This document shows, in pieces, positions 62,421 to 64,000 of a stretch of DNA of 64,000 bases; the first letter of the stretch is position 1; every line of letters starts with the position of its first letter. The notes beneath the pieces were generated by a model that saw only the letters and a program-made list of their open reading frames with translations, had not been told where the DNA came from and made no database searches. Made by a program: the position numbers and the translations under genes. The stretch lies in the NCBI GenBank assembly GCA_963725825.1, contig CAVSAI010000029.1, positions 195,765 through 259,764 on the forward strand, read 5' to 3'. Origin of the DNA: Candidatus Aminicenantes bacterium. Its GTDB lineage: Bacteria; Acidobacteriota; Aminicenantia; Aminicenantales; Saccharicenantaceae.

Positions 62421-62437
62421 GAAGCTGGGTTAGGCCC

Positions 62438-63208
62438 ATGTTGGAACTCAGGGGCGTTTCAAAAAAGTTCTCGGCCTTCACGGTCGTCAGGGACGTCAGC
62501 TTCACTGTCCGGCCGGGCGAGGTCCTGGGCTATCTCGGGCCCAACGGCGCCGGCAAGACGACGACGATCAAGATGCTTGCCGGTCTTCTCGAGCCCTCGA
62601 GGGGGGAGATCCTCCTCGACGGCCGCAGCATCGGGCATGATCTCTACGCCTACAAGCGGCGTCTGGGCTATGTCCCGGAACAGTCCGAGATCTATCCCCA
62701 CCTCAGCGCCTTCGACTACCTCCGCATGGTCGGCCGATTGAGGGGCATGGCCGAACCGTCCCTGCCCGGCCGGGTCCTGGCCTTCCTGCGGATCTTCGAT
62801 CTCGAACAGGACATGCACGGCCCCATCGCCTCGTTTTCCAAAGGGATGCGTCAGAAGGTCCTCATTGCCGCGGCCCTCCTCCACGATCCCGACATCCTGC
62901 TCCTCGACGAGCCTCTCTCAGGACTCGACGTCACCACGGGCCTCGTCGTCCGCGATCTCATCCGCCGTCTGGCCGCCGAGAACAAGATCATCGTCTACTC
63001 CTCCCACGTTCTCGAGGTGACGGAAAAGATCTGCACCAAGGTCATCATCCTCTACAAGGGAGGGATCGTGGCCAACGATTCGGTCGAGAACTTGCGCCAG
63101 CTCATGCACCTGCCCTCTCTGTCCGAGATCTTCAACGAGCTCGTCCTCAAGGAGGACACGGACGCGGTGGCCGCCCGCCTGGTCGAGGCCATGAAGGGGG
63201 ACGCTTAG
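62438..63208 (+). CDS. ABC transporter ATP-binding protein (ABC-2/DrrA-like)
   Basis: Walker A GPNGAGKTT, signature-like FSKGMRQK and Walker B LLLDEPLSGLD. Confidence 0.85.
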   Translation: MLELRGVSKKFSAFTVVRDVSFTVRPGEVLGYLGPNGAGKTTTIKMLAGLLEPSRGEILLDGRSIGHDLYAYKRRLGYVPEQSEIYPHLSAFDYLRMVGRLRGMAEPSLPGRVLAFLRIFDLEQDMHGPIASFSKGMRQKVLIAAALLHDPDILLLDEPLSGLDVTTGLVVRDLIRRLAAENKIIVYSSHVLEVTEKICTKVIILYKGGIVANDSVENLRQLMHLPSLSEIFNELVLKEDTDAVAARLVEAMKGDA

Positions 63209-63212
63209 GGCG

Positions 63213-64000
63213 ATGAACGGCCGGCCGACCGAGCGCGGGCAGTTCGTCATCCTCACCCGGCATTTCTTCGGACGGCTGTTCAGGAACGATACTATCGATT
63301 TCGAGGACCAGATGAAGGAGAAGCTCATCGTGAGCTTGTCCCTTCTGGCCGTTTTCTTCTCCTGGGCCTCCTGGCTCATGCTCTTCAAGTACCATTTCGT
63401 CCCCGACGTCAACCGCTCCTGGCAGGAAAAGAGCTACATCTTCACGCTGATGATGCTCGTCTTCGCCCTGATCACGCTCCTCGAGTGGGACGTCCTTTTC
63501 CCCGACCGGAGGGACTTTCTCAACCTGATGTCCCTGCCCGTGCGCCTGCGCACGATCTTCGCGGCCAAGCTGGCCTCGTTCATCCTGTTTATCGGCACGT
63601 TCTCCGTGGCCATGATGGGCGTCTCGTCGATCCTGTTCTCGATGTATCTGACGGAGTGGAGGGCCAACAGCCTGGTCCTGGCCGTGCGCTATGTCATCTC
63701 GCACCTGGTCGCCGGCTTTGCCGCCGCATTCACGGTCTTCTTCGGTGTCGTCTTCCTGCAGCTCCTGATGATGGCCTTGCTGCCCGAGAGGCTTTACCGC
63801 ATGTCCGCCGCGGCCGTGCGCTTTGTCCTCGCCGCCGGGCTCTTGTTTCTCCTGCTCGGTTTCATCGTCGCCCCTTCCGGCTTGGGAGGCTCGTTCAAGG
63901 ACCTCGAATCCCTCAAGGAGAACGGCGATCCGTTCCTGTACCGTTATCCGCCCCTGTGGTTCGTCGGCCTTTACGAAGTGCTCCTGGGGACCCGCGACCC
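63213..64000 (+). CDS. Putative ABC transporter permease (3' end outside window)
   Basis: This ORF is not in the supplied track because it has no stop in the window. My own translation from ATG 63213 (MNGRPTERGQFVILTRHFF...) is open to base 64000 and contains several long hydrophobic helices. It starts 4 nt after the ATPase stop. Confidence 0.5.
   Translation, partial: MNGRPTERGQFVILTRHFFGRLFRNDTIDFEDQMKEKLIVSLSLLAVFFSWASWLMLFKYHFVPDVNRSWQEKSYIFTLMMLVFALITLLEWDVLFPDRRDFLNLMSLPVRLRTIFAAKLASFILFIGTFSVAMMGVSSILFSMYLTEWRANSLVLAVRYVISHLVAGFAAAFTVFFGVVFLQLLMMALLPERLYRMSAAAVRFVLAAGLLFLLLGFIVAPSGLGGSFKDLESLKENGDPFLYRYPPLWFVGLYEVLLGTRD

Noticed and set aside
1-64000. Search for rRNA, tRNA, tmRNA, transposases, integrases, phage genes, toxin-antitoxin pairs or recognisable defence-system genes.
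   Set aside because: No ORF shows the corresponding motifs (DDE, tyrosine or serine recombinase, nuclease/helicase defence modules). The intergenic regions (all 281 bp or shorter) show no cloverleaf-like or rRNA-like sequence by eye. A covariance-model scan (tRNAscan-SE, Infernal/Rfam) would be needed for certainty.

Overview
High-GC (roughly 65%) bacterial chromosomal window with about 50 tightly packed genes on both strands. I saw no rRNA, tRNA, CRISPR array, transposase, integrase or phage gene, and no DNA-binding transcription factor. Three themes dominate. (1) Secreted carbohydrate-active enzymes: GH2+PA14, DUF4838, GH28, GH105, heparinase II/III-like, GH29, GH20, GH127, two CBM9/DOMON-like proteins, a VPS10/BNR protein, and a Gfo/Idh/MocA + TIM-barrel::DUF1080 + MFS module. 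(2) Peptide and amino-acid scavenging: M14, an HtrA-like protease, two tandem C69 dipeptidases, an AstE/AspA-like deacylase, GGT, and a DAO-type/Fe-S flavoprotein pair. (3) Envelope proteins: two POTRA-less Omp85 barrels, MscL, PilT, PilZ, PAP2 and an ABC-2 transporter. The gene content suggests a Gram-negative polymer degrader, possibly Acidobacteriota-like, but that is inference only. The most unusual features are listed here. (a) A 1039-aa protein fuses an HExxH gluzincin domain and TolB-like propeller repeats directly to an Omp85 barrel. It is transcribed divergently from a six-gene permease/deacylase/2xC69 operon. I read the pair as a candidate outer-membrane-to-cytoplasm peptide utilisation locus. 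(b) A near-consensus sigma-54 promoter lies in front of the ABC transporter. (c) A perfect 54-bp tandem duplication covers the 3' end of a gene. (d) A GCTAnAAT-type -10 motif recurs, and several genes look leaderless. Many very long antisense ORFs in the six-frame track are high-GC artefacts. All family calls rest on motifs read by eye; no database search was run.
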